Source: Candidatus Eiseniibacteriota bacterium (GTDB lineage: Bacteria > Eisenbacteria > RBG-16-71-46 > SZUA-252). Taken from it: a stretch of DNA of 64,000 nt. Below are positions 56,009-64,000 of this stretch, piece after piece. The DNA is taken from contig JAYWED010000033.1 in NCBI GenBank assembly GCA_043779525.1, positions 971 through 64,970 of the forward strand. The letters are read 5' to 3'. The notes below the pieces were generated by a model that saw only the letters and a program-made list of their open reading frames with translations, was not told where the DNA came from and made no database searches. The position numbers and the translations under genes were made by a program. Within the stretch, counting starts at the first letter, position 1. Every line of letters starts with the position of its first letter.

Positions 56009-57952
56009 ATGTCCCTATCCCTCGTGATCGTCCATTACCGGAGCCTCCCGGCCCTCGAGCGCCTGCTAGGGTCGCTTCGAGATTCCAGGCCCGCGCCCCT
56101 CCGGGAGATCCTGATCGTAAACAACTCCGGCGAACCGCTGGAGGATCGGGTCTCAGGCCAGCCCTGGCCCGTGCGGCTCCTCGTTCCGGGGCGGAACCTG
56201 GGCTATGCCCGCGGGGTGAATGAAGGCATACGGGCGGCACGTGAGGATCACGTCCTGATCCTGAACCCGGATATCCTGGTCACGCCCGGCTCCATCGAAG
56301 GGCTGGTCCGCTGCGCGGAGGAGCGCCCGCGGGCGGGGCTCGTCGCTCCCAGACTCACGAACCCGGACGGCACGCTTCAGCTTTCGGCCCGGCGATTCTA
56401 CAATTGGAAGACCCTCCTCTTGAGACGGGCGCCGCTCGGGCCGTATGCCGCCCGGAGCCGGACCCTCCGGAACCACCTCATGGCCGACTGGGACCACGGG
56501 GACACGCGCGCCGTGGATTGGGTCCTGGGCGCGGCCATCCTGGCACGGAAGCGCGCGATCCGCGACGTGGGGCTGATGGATGAGCGCTACTTCCTGTACT
56601 TCGAGGACGTGGACTGGTGCCAGCGGATGTGGCGCCACGGATACGAGGTCGTCTACTGTGCCGAGGCCACGATGGTGCACGAATATGCCCGTTCCAGCGC
56701 CCAGCTTCGCGCGCGCTCGATCCGGGCGCACGCCGCGGGCCTGCTTCGCTTCGCGGAGAAATGGAGTGCTTTTCTCTACGCCGTGAGCCAGTACCGACGA
56801 CGGATTCTCTCGGTGGGCATTCTGGGCGCCGACGTCCTGGCCGCCGTGCTCGCGTTTCTGGCGGCCTACGGCATCCGGACCTCGCTCGCCTCGATTCTCG
56901 AGAAGCCGGTCTACCCGCTCCCGAGCTATGGCGGGCTCCTCTTCTTCACCGTCGCCGTGACCGTGGCCGCGCTCGCGGCCAACGGCCTCTACCGCCGCAC
57001 GACGTTCGCCGACTCGATCGAGCGGGCGTTCTCGATCGGCCAGGCGGTCTTCCAGGCGGTCCTGTTCCTCATGGCCGCGACGTTCCTGTTCCAGACGCCA
57101 CGGTACTCGCGCGTGCTCGTGCTCCTGCTCGGGCCGATCCTCTACGCGGTCCTTCTCCTCGCGCGGAGCCTGGCGGGCCGTCTCGGAGAGGGGGCGAGGA
57201 GCCAGGGGTTCGCGTTCCGGCGGGTGCTCGTCGTGGGCTCGGGGGCCGAAGCCGATCGTGCGCGCGAGGCCTTCGAGAAGGCGCGCCGCGACGGATTCGA
57301 GCCGCTCGGCACGGTCGTGCCGGCGGGCTCCGGCGAGTCTCCGGAGGCCGCGGCGGCCAGGCTCCGGGCGCTCGTCGAGAGCGAGCGGATCCAGATCGTC
57401 TGCATGGCGCCCGAGCCGGCCGAGGTGCCCTATCTCCTCGCCGCGGCGATGACGCTGCGCGATTCGGGCGCGGCCACCTACTGGACGGGCTCCGTCGCCC
57501 AGCTCGCCTCCGAGGAGAGCCTCGCGTCCCTGGGAGGCGTGCGGGCCGTGCTGCTCCATGCCCCGAGCCGCGGCCTCTCGGTTCGGGTGAGAAAGCGCGC
57601 GAGCGACATTCTACTCTCGCTCTTCATCGCGCCGTTCCGCTGGGGCGCCCTGCGCGGCTACTTAGCCCGGCGAGGCGAGAGCTACGGGCCCGCGGAGGCG
57701 TGGGGACGCGTGTGGTCCGGGCGCCTGAGCTGGGTGGGGCGAAGCGCGTACGAGGCGGACCGCTGGGCGAACGTTCCCGCGTGGGCGCGGCTGGCGCTCG
57801 AATCGATCCGGCCCGGCGTGGTGACGCCGCCGAACGGCGCCATGGGCGATCCGATGTCACGGGTGACCGCGGACCTGGCGTATCTCTCCCGCTTTTCGCT
57901 CGCGGAAGACTTGCGCCAGTTCCTTCGCGCCACACGAGGAGAGCTCTCGTGA
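56009..57952 (+). CDS. GT2 fused to a degenerate polyprenyl-phosphate sugar phosphotransferase (WcaJ/WbaP-like)
   Basis: N-terminal LNPD, DERYFLYFEDVDWC; 4 TMs, RRVLVVGSG, KRASDILLS, DLAY..RFSLAED. Confidence 0.82.
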   Translation: MSLSLVIVHYRSLPALERLLGSLRDSRPAPLREILIVNNSGEPLEDRVSGQPWPVRLLVPGRNLGYARGVNEGIRAAREDHVLILNPDILVTPGSIEGLVRCAEERPRAGLVAPRLTNPDGTLQLSARRFYNWKTLLLRRAPLGPYAARSRTLRNHLMADWDHGDTRAVDWVLGAAILARKRAIRDVGLMDERYFLYFEDVDWCQRMWRHGYEVVYCAEATMVHEYARSSAQLRARSIRAHAAGLLRFAEKWSAFLYAVSQYRRRILSVGILGADVLAAVLAFLAAYGIRTSLASILEKPVYPLPSYGGLLFFTVAVTVAALAANGLYRRTTFADSIERAFSIGQAVFQAVLFLMAATFLFQTPRYSRVLVLLLGPILYAVLLLARSLAGRLGEGARSQGFAFRRVLVVGSGAEADRAREAFEKARRDGFEPLGTVVPAGSGESPEAAAARLRALVESERIQIVCMAPEPAEVPYLLAAAMTLRDSGAATYWTGSVAQLASEESLASLGGVRAVLLHAPSRGLSVRVRKRASDILLSLFIAPFRWGALRGYLARRGESYGPAEAWGRVWSGRLSWVGRSAYEADRWANVPAWARLALESIRPGVVTPPNGAMGDPMSRVTADLAYLSRFSLAEDLRQFLRATRGELS

Positions 57953-60156
57953 GCCGGCCGCGAGGGAAGGACACTCGCGGCTGGGCCCGCGCGATCGGGA
58001 TCGCCGCTCTCGTCTCGCTCTCGGGCGGCCTTCCGGGCGCCGAAGCAGCCAAGGTCCCCCTCTTCGTCAGGAACTACATCAACTCGAACGAGATTCAGAG
58101 CCTGGTCGCGTGGAACGGCCTTCTCGCGATGGGAACCCTGGGGGGAATCGTCACCATCGATCCCGCGACGGGCGCCATCACGAAGATCCTTCGCTCTCCC
58201 GCGGGGCTTCTCTCCAACCGCGTGCTCGCCGTGCAGGTCTCGCCCTCGGGGCTTCTCTGGGCAGGCACCGCCGACGCGGGGATCGCGAGGCTTCGTCCGG
58301 ACGGGGCCTTCCGGCGGACCCTCAGCTCCTTCGATGGGCTCCCGAGTGATCGGGTCCAGGCGATCTACACCCACGGAGACTCGGTGTGGGTCGGGACGAG
58401 CAGGGGCGTCGCGCTCTTCACCGAAAGCCCGGGTTCGGGCTCGATCGGCCTCACGCGCGCCTTCACCAGCGCGACCACCTCGGGCGCGCTCGCCGGAGAC
58501 GACGTGCGCGCGTTCACGCAGGTGGGGGACACGCTGTGGGTGGCGACGACCTCGGGGTTGTCGAGCTTCACGGGCGGGGTGTGGTCCAATCGCGTCGCGG
58601 CGCTCTCACGGGCGGCAACCTCGCTCGCGCTCCTCGCGGACACGCTGTGGGCCGCGACGGACCTCGGTCCCTATCAATACGTCTCGGGAGTCTTCCGGCC
58701 GGCGAATTCCGGCCATGCGTTTACCAGCCAGGTCCTGGGAGTGAGCGCGCAGACGCTTTACTCCGGCTCCTCGCTCTTCGGCGTCTATCGCTATTCCGCG
58801 TCCGGCGGGTGGACTTCGATCTCGACCGGACTTCCCAGCCTCCGCGTTCAGGCGCTCGGCACAGGCCCCGAAGGAGCGCTCTGGGCTGGAACGGCCGGGG
58901 GCGCTGCCCGTTTTTCAGCCGCAGTCCCGTCCTGGCAGCCCCACGTCTCCGACGGCCCGCTCGTCAACGAAACGGCGCGCGCCGTGGCCGACGTCCACGG
59001 CGTCTGGTTCACGACCGGAAACGATTTCCCGCCCGGTTCCGCGCGGGGCGTGTTGCTCCATTTCGATGGAGCGGCGTGGAGCGCGATCACCAGCGGCACC
59101 ACCGGGGGCGCGTTCCAGCAGGCCGACGCGTTCGCTCTGTTCTCCGATCGCAACGCGAGGATCTGGATCGGCCACTGCTGCATCGATACCGATCCGCGTC
59201 CCCGGGTAGACCGCTACGATCCCGCCACGGGACTCTGGGACACGCCGCCCGCGTACAACATCTGGGCCGTCGACGCGGCGCCGTCGCCGAGAGTCTATGC
59301 GGCGAGCGTCCAGCACGAGAACGGCGTGTACGTGTTCGACGAATCGAGCGGCGCGCTGCTGGATTCGCTCACGCCGGCGAATTCGGGAATCACGAGCAAC
59401 AATCTCCGCGCGGTGCGGTTCGATTCGGCCGGGAAAGGCTGGTTCGGGACGGCGTTCAACGGCGTCGATATCTGGGACGGGAGAGGCACGCCGGGGCATG
59501 GAGACGACCTCTGGGTCCATGTCGCCGGCCAGCCGAGCAGCCAGGTCTCCTCGCTGGTGGTGCTGGATCCCCAGACCGCGTGGATCGGCACCGCCTCCGG
59601 CGCGGGGCGGGTGCAGAACGGAATCTTCACGCGCCTCCTCACCATCTCCACGCTTCCCGGCGCGCAGGTGAACGACCTGACCCAGGACTCGTCCGGGAAC
59701 CTCTGGATCGCGACCGTGGCGGGCCTTGCGCGCGTGGACGCATCCGGAGCCGGCTCGGTGGACGTGTACACCACCGCCGACGGGCTCGTGGACGACGACA
59801 TTCGCGCGCTCGCCTGGGACGCGGCGCGAGGGGTGCTCTGGGTGGGCACCGCGAACGGCATCTCGCGGGTCGTGCCGGGGTCGGGAGCGCCGGGGATCAG
59901 CGGCGCGGCCTACGTGTATCCGAACCCCGCGCGTGCGGCTGACGCTCTGAAGGTCGGCGGAATCCAGAACGCGCTCGAGGGAGAGATCCGGGACGTGGCG
60001 GGGAACGTCATTCATCGATTCCGCTGCGATCCGGCCGCGAACGAGATCTGGGACCTGACGCGTGATGACGGCGAGCCCGCGCCCTCGGGCGTCTATCTCG
60101 TCGTGCTTCGCGACAAGACGGAATCCAGAATCTTGCGCGCGGCGATCGTGCGATGA
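57949..60156 (+). CDS. PorZ-like two-component-regulator-propeller protein with T9SS-like C-terminal domain
   Basis: Signal peptide; repeated LWxGT/GLPS blades; C-terminal YVYPNP...WDL..DDG....SGVYLV. Confidence 0.8.
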   Translation: MSRPRGKDTRGWARAIGIAALVSLSGGLPGAEAAKVPLFVRNYINSNEIQSLVAWNGLLAMGTLGGIVTIDPATGAITKILRSPAGLLSNRVLAVQVSPSGLLWAGTADAGIARLRPDGAFRRTLSSFDGLPSDRVQAIYTHGDSVWVGTSRGVALFTESPGSGSIGLTRAFTSATTSGALAGDDVRAFTQVGDTLWVATTSGLSSFTGGVWSNRVAALSRAATSLALLADTLWAATDLGPYQYVSGVFRPANSGHAFTSQVLGVSAQTLYSGSSLFGVYRYSASGGWTSISTGLPSLRVQALGTGPEGALWAGTAGGAARFSAAVPSWQPHVSDGPLVNETARAVADVHGVWFTTGNDFPPGSARGVLLHFDGAAWSAITSGTTGGAFQQADAFALFSDRNARIWIGHCCIDTDPRPRVDRYDPATGLWDTPPAYNIWAVDAAPSPRVYAASVQHENGVYVFDESSGALLDSLTPANSGITSNNLRAVRFDSAGKGWFGTAFNGVDIWDGRGTPGHGDDLWVHVAGQPSSQVSSLVVLDPQTAWIGTASGAGRVQNGIFTRLLTISTLPGAQVNDLTQDSSGNLWIATVAGLARVDASGAGSVDVYTTADGLVDDDIRALAWDAARGVLWVGTANGISRVVPGSGAPGISGAAYVYPNPARAADALKVGGIQNALEGEIRDVAGNVIHRFRCDPAANEIWDLTRDDGEPAPSGVYLVVLRDKTESRILRAAIVR

Positions 60157-61127
60157 AGCTTACGCGCCCTCGCACGGTGGTGTCGCCCCCCGACCGCGCG
60201 GCCTGGGACGCGCTCGTTTCCGCGTCGCCCGGCGCGAGCGTGTTCCACACGTCGGCATGGGCGGATCTCTGGGTCGAGGAATGGCGCGGCGCCAAGTGGG
60301 TCGCGCACGTCGTCCTCGACGACCAGGGGTACGCGGGTGGCCTTTCATCCATCGTCCGGAGCCGCGGAATCGGACGCACGGTTCTGTCGATGCCCTTCGG
60401 CACGTACGGAGGCCCCCTGGTGCGCGAGGGGCATCCCGATCCGGGCTCGGTCCGGCGGGAGCTGCTCGAGTCGTTCGCGAAGGCCGCCGGGAGCCGGTGG
60501 ACGCTCCGCTCGGAGATGACCTGGTACGAGGGATCGATGGACGAGATTCCGCCGCCGCTCGCCGCGGCCGAGAGCTTCACCCACGTGCTTCCGCTTCAGC
60601 CCGATTTCGAAGCGCTGGCCGATGGATTCACTCCCGCGGCGCGCCGTCTCGTCCGGCAGGCCGAGGAGAGCGGGCTCACCATCCGGGTCGCCTCGGGCGA
60701 GGAGGACCTTCGCGCGTTCTACGAGATCGCGACGGAGACGGTCCGGCGCCGAGGCGGCAAGCCCAAGCCTTATTCCCTCTATCAGCGCATCCAGCGCGCG
60801 CTGGTTCCAGCGGGCCTCGCGCGATACCATCTCGTGCTTCACGAGGATCGGCCCGTGGCGGGAAGTCTCCACCTGTTCCACGAGGGCGCGGTGATGAACT
60901 GGCTCCCCGTTTCCCTGGAGTCCAGCTGGCACCTGAGGCCCAACAATTTTCTCATCGCGCGCACCCTCGAGACGCTTTGCCAGGCGGGGTACGTGGAATA
61001 CAACTTCGGAGCATCCCCTCACGACGCGGCCGGCTTGATCCGCTTCAAGGAAGGATGGGGCGCTACGTCGCGGCCGCTCGTCATCGCCGGGCGGAGAAGC
61101 TCGGTCCACCGGAAGCTCCGGGGATAG
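60153..61127 (+). CDS. GNAT/FemAB-like (Acetyltransf_6) protein
   Basis: SVFHT..W, SMPF.TYGG, RPNNFL, YNFG.S, GL.RFKEGWG. Confidence 0.85.
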   Translation: MKLTRPRTVVSPPDRAAWDALVSASPGASVFHTSAWADLWVEEWRGAKWVAHVVLDDQGYAGGLSSIVRSRGIGRTVLSMPFGTYGGPLVREGHPDPGSVRRELLESFAKAAGSRWTLRSEMTWYEGSMDEIPPPLAAAESFTHVLPLQPDFEALADGFTPAARRLVRQAEESGLTIRVASGEEDLRAFYEIATETVRRRGGKPKPYSLYQRIQRALVPAGLARYHLVLHEDRPVAGSLHLFHEGAVMNWLPVSLESSWHLRPNNFLIARTLETLCQAGYVEYNFGASPHDAAGLIRFKEGWGATSRPLVIAGRRSSVHRKLRG

Positions 61128-61135
61128 CTCCCTCG

Positions 61136-62245
61136 GTGCGCATCCTCCTCCTCGCGCACGGGCCCTCCATCCACACGCGCCGATGGGCGCGCGCGCTTCG
61201 GGACCGCGGGCACGATCTCCGACTGCTCACCGCGCATGGGAGTCCCTCCCCCGAGGCGCCGGAGCGGATCGTGGGCAGGCCCTCGCCGTGGGCGGCGCTT
61301 CGATATCTGAGCGCCCTGGGCGCGGTGCGTCGCGAGATGGCTGAATTCCGGCCCGACGTGACGGTCGCGCACTTCCTTCCGAATTACGGCCTGCTGGCGG
61401 CGCTATCCGGTGCGCGCCCCTGGATGCTGTCCTGCTGGGGATCCGACCTGCTCATCAACGCGTACCGCTCTCCTCTTCACCGCGCCCGAGCCCGGTTCGT
61501 GCTCCGGCGCGCGCCCCTGATCCACGTGGACGCCGAGGTTCTCGCGGAGGCCGCGGTCTCGCTCGGCGCGGATCCAGCGAGGGTATGGACCCGCGCGTGG
61601 GGCGTGGATGCCGCTGTACTCGCGCCTGCGGCCGGCGCCGGTTCGCGCGGCGCCGGGCGCCCGGGAAACGCCGACGGCGGCGGCCCGCAAATCTTATGGA
61701 CGCGCCAGCTCGAGCGCGTCTACGACCCCGAGCCTTTCGTCCGCGCGCTCGGAGCCCTGAAGCGACGCGGCTTCGCGTTCCACGCCTCGATGGCGGGGGA
61801 CGGGCCGATGCGCGGCGCCGTGTCGCGGTGGATCGGCGAGGAGGGCCTGGAGCGCGACGTCACGCTCGAGGGATTCGTGGAAGAGGAGAGGCTCCGCGCG
61901 CTCTACCGCGCGTCCGATCTCTACGTCTCGGTCTCGCGGTCCGATTCCACCTCCCAATCTCTGCTCGAGGCCATGGCGGCGGGACTTTTCCCGATCGTGA
62001 GCGACATCGCGGGAAACCGCGAGTGGGTGACTCATCGGGGCGAGGGCTATCTCGTGCCCACGGGAGACTCCGACGCGATCGGGTGCGCGATCGAGGAAGG
62101 CTGGCGCGATCCGGAACGGGCCGCCATGCGGGCTCGCGCCCGCGCGAAAGTCCTGGCCCTGGGCTCCTTCGCGGACACGATCGACCAGCTCGAAACGAAA
62201 CTTCGCGCGCTCGCCACCGTCGGTGGTGAGGGGTGCAGGCCATGA
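61136..62245 (+). CDS. Glycosyltransferase family 4
   Basis: SIHTRRW, WGSD, SDSTSQSLLEAMAAG, SDIAGNREW. Confidence 0.9.
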   Translation: MRILLLAHGPSIHTRRWARALRDRGHDLRLLTAHGSPSPEAPERIVGRPSPWAALRYLSALGAVRREMAEFRPDVTVAHFLPNYGLLAALSGARPWMLSCWGSDLLINAYRSPLHRARARFVLRRAPLIHVDAEVLAEAAVSLGADPARVWTRAWGVDAAVLAPAAGAGSRGAGRPGNADGGGPQILWTRQLERVYDPEPFVRALGALKRRGFAFHASMAGDGPMRGAVSRWIGEEGLERDVTLEGFVEEERLRALYRASDLYVSVSRSDSTSQSLLEAMAAGLFPIVSDIAGNREWVTHRGEGYLVPTGDSDAIGCAIEEGWRDPERAAMRARARAKVLALGSFADTIDQLETKLRALATVGGEGCRP

Positions 62246-63585
62246 GGCGTCTCCTCATCCTCGCCTACTTCTTCCCGCCGCTCGGCGGTGGTGGATGCCA
62301 GCGAACGCTCAAGCTCGTGCGCTACCTCGAGCCCTTGGGGTGGCGATCGACCGTCGTGACAACGCGCGACCGCGATTACTGGATCCAGGATCCCACGCTT
62401 GAGGAGGAGATCCCCGCGGGCGCCGAGATTGTCCGGGTCGGCGGGCTCACGGCGGGGAAGCTCGTGCGAACCTTGGCCCGCGCGGGCATGCCGGTGCAGG
62501 AGGCGCAGGGGCAAAGAAGAGCCGGGCCGTTTCGCGCGCTTCGCTCGCTCCAGCGCTGGATGCTCCTTCCGGACGCCTATCGCTCCTGGGCGAACGCGGC
62601 GGAGCGCGCGGCGAGCGCCCGGATCCTGGAAGGAGGCATCGACGCGCTGTGGACCACGTCGTCGCCCGAGAGCGCGCACATGGCGGGGCTCGCGCTGAAG
62701 AAGAAACATCGCCTCCCATGGGTCGCCGACTTTCGCGATCCCTGGGTCGGACGCGCGACCTACCGTCCCGCGACGCCCTGGCACGACGCGCGGCACCGCG
62801 CGATGGAGCGGAGGGTCGTATCGGCCGCCGATCGCGTGACGCTCGTGAGCGAGGCGATGGTGGCGCTCTACCGCGCGCGCTATCCCGAGATCGATCCAGA
62901 CAGGTTCGTCTTCCTGCCGAACGGATTCGACTCCGATGACTGGCTGCGGGCGGACCGGAAGTCCGCCGCGTCTCCGCGCGCCGCGCCTGAGCGCGCGATG
63001 CCGCGCCGGTTCGTTCTGCTCCATGCGGGGCAGCTCGCGCATCGACCCACCGTGCGGACCCTTCTCGATGCCGCGCGTCTCGCGATGGGACGGGATCCCA
63101 CAGCGCGCGCGGCGCTCACGCTTCGCTTCATCGGCGGCAATGAGGAGATCGGGCCCCGCGCGCGCGCGCGATATGGGCTGGGGGACGCGCTCGAGTTCCT
63201 TCCGTCGCAGCCCCACATCGATTCCTTGGTCTCGATGCGGCACGCGGACGCGCTGGCGCTGCTCGGCCATGGAGGGGCCGCCGACGCGCTTCTCTACACG
63301 GGGAAGCTCTACGAGTATCTGACCAGCGGGCGCCCGGTGCTCGCGATCCTGGATCCGGGGCCCGCCGCCGATCTGGTGCGCGCCACCGGTGCCGGCAGCG
63401 TGATCCCGCCGGGAGACGTCGAGGGCGCGGCGTCGACCCTCCTCGAGTGGCTCCGCCGGTCCCTGGCGGGGGATAGCCTTGCCACGGTCATCCGCGCGCC
63501 CCTGCTCGAGACGTGGGAGCGCCGGAATATGGCCTTCCAGGCCTCCGCGATTCTATCGAAAATCCTCGCCGAAAATCCCCGCTGA
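62242..63585 (+). CDS. Glycosyltransferase family 4
   Basis: AYFFPPLGGGG.QR, WVADFRDPW, LPNGFD, GKLYEYL.SGRP. Confidence 0.9.
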   Translation: MRRLLILAYFFPPLGGGGCQRTLKLVRYLEPLGWRSTVVTTRDRDYWIQDPTLEEEIPAGAEIVRVGGLTAGKLVRTLARAGMPVQEAQGQRRAGPFRALRSLQRWMLLPDAYRSWANAAERAASARILEGGIDALWTTSSPESAHMAGLALKKKHRLPWVADFRDPWVGRATYRPATPWHDARHRAMERRVVSAADRVTLVSEAMVALYRARYPEIDPDRFVFLPNGFDSDDWLRADRKSAASPRAAPERAMPRRFVLLHAGQLAHRPTVRTLLDAARLAMGRDPTARAALTLRFIGGNEEIGPRARARYGLGDALEFLPSQPHIDSLVSMRHADALALLGHGGAADALLYTGKLYEYLTSGRPVLAILDPGPAADLVRATGAGSVIPPGDVEGAASTLLEWLRRSLAGDSLATVIRAPLLETWERRNMAFQASAILSKILAENPR

Positions 63586-63669
63586 CCCTGGGTTCCCCCC
63601 CGGCTGGCCCGCTTCCCAACCCCATGCCCTCCAAGAAAATAAAAATTCTTTCGGTCCCATGAAATCGGC

Positions 63670-63699
63670 TTGACACCCTCTCCGGGGGGAGACTAGGAT
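63670..63699 (+). promoter_or_regulatory. dcw/mraZ sigma70 promoter with upstream AT-rich UP-like tract
   Basis: TTGACA-N18-TAGGAT; AAGAAAATAAAAATTCTTT upstream. Confidence 0.75.
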
Positions 63700-63705
63700 G
63701 CCGCG

Positions 63706-63729
63706 GTGGTGATTTGTGGGGAATCGTGG
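63706..63729 (+). promoter_or_regulatory. MraZ binding repeats
   Basis: GTGG at 63706, 63716 and 63726 (10-bp period), matching the known GTGG-N6 MraZ operator. Confidence 0.85.
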
Positions 63730-63780
63730 GTCATAGGCCGCCGCGGTTGATCACGATCCGGTGGCGAACGGGGACGGTGA

Positions 63781-64000
63781 ATGGCTACGTTTCGGGGAAG
63801 TTATCAGCACTCGATCGACCACAAGGGGCGCATCAGCATTCCGTCGCGCTTCCGGAAGGTCCTCTCGGGCCGCGCCTCCGACACGTTCATCGTCCATCGC
63901 GGCCTGGAAGCCTGCGTCGCGCTCTATCCCCTCGACGAGTGGCGGAGGATGGAAGAGCGTCTGCGCTCTCGATCCTTCCACGATGAGACCAATCGCCGAT
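63781..64000 (+). CDS. mraZ: Division/cell-wall cluster repressor MraZ (truncated by window end)
   Basis: MATFRGSYQHSIDHKGRISIPSRFRK...RGLEACVALYP..EW; absent from ORF track because it has no stop in the window. Confidence 0.93.
   Translation, partial: MATFRGSYQHSIDHKGRISIPSRFRKVLSGRASDTFIVHRGLEACVALYPLDEWRRMEERLRSRSFHDETNRR

Noticed and set aside
63714-63986. 90-aa plus and 76-aa minus ORFs at the window end
   Set aside because: Shadows of mraZ, which starts at 63781 in another frame.

Overview
GC-rich, gene-dense chromosomal window from a diderm bacterium. The FlgD-Ig/T9SS-like C-terminal domains, PorZ-like propeller, bshC/bshA and DUF2723 suggest an FCB-related lineage such as Ca. Eisenbacteria; this is an inference. 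Gene order: smc (3' part), ftsY, a divergent GGEEF diguanylate cyclase / small secreted protein / TPR-AAA+-HTH regulator module, a partial complex I cluster (nuoI, ZIP, nuoB-D-F-G), adenosine deaminase, a methyltransferase-MBL-FAD oxidase-bshC-bshA operon, an opposite-strand beta-barrel plus lipoprotein pair, URO-D-like, panD, nfeD-slipin, lpdA-lipA, mgtE, a long PPIase, radC, a TPR-SLH lipoprotein, a FlgD-tailed secreted protein, an FMN riboswitch with ribD-E-BA-H-nusB, a ~22 kb glycosylation locus, and the start of mraZ. No rRNA, tRNA, CRISPR or transposase was seen. Best candidate new system: a 104-aa signal-peptide precursor directly upstream of a TPR-sensor regulator whose enhancer-binding ATPase lacks GAFTGA, resembling RRNPP peptide signalling and divergent from a c-di-GMP synthase. 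Also notable are a 78-bp in-frame palindromic insertion in ftsY and a GT-C/PorZ-like protein-glycosylation locus. All calls come from reading motifs by eye; no database searches were run.
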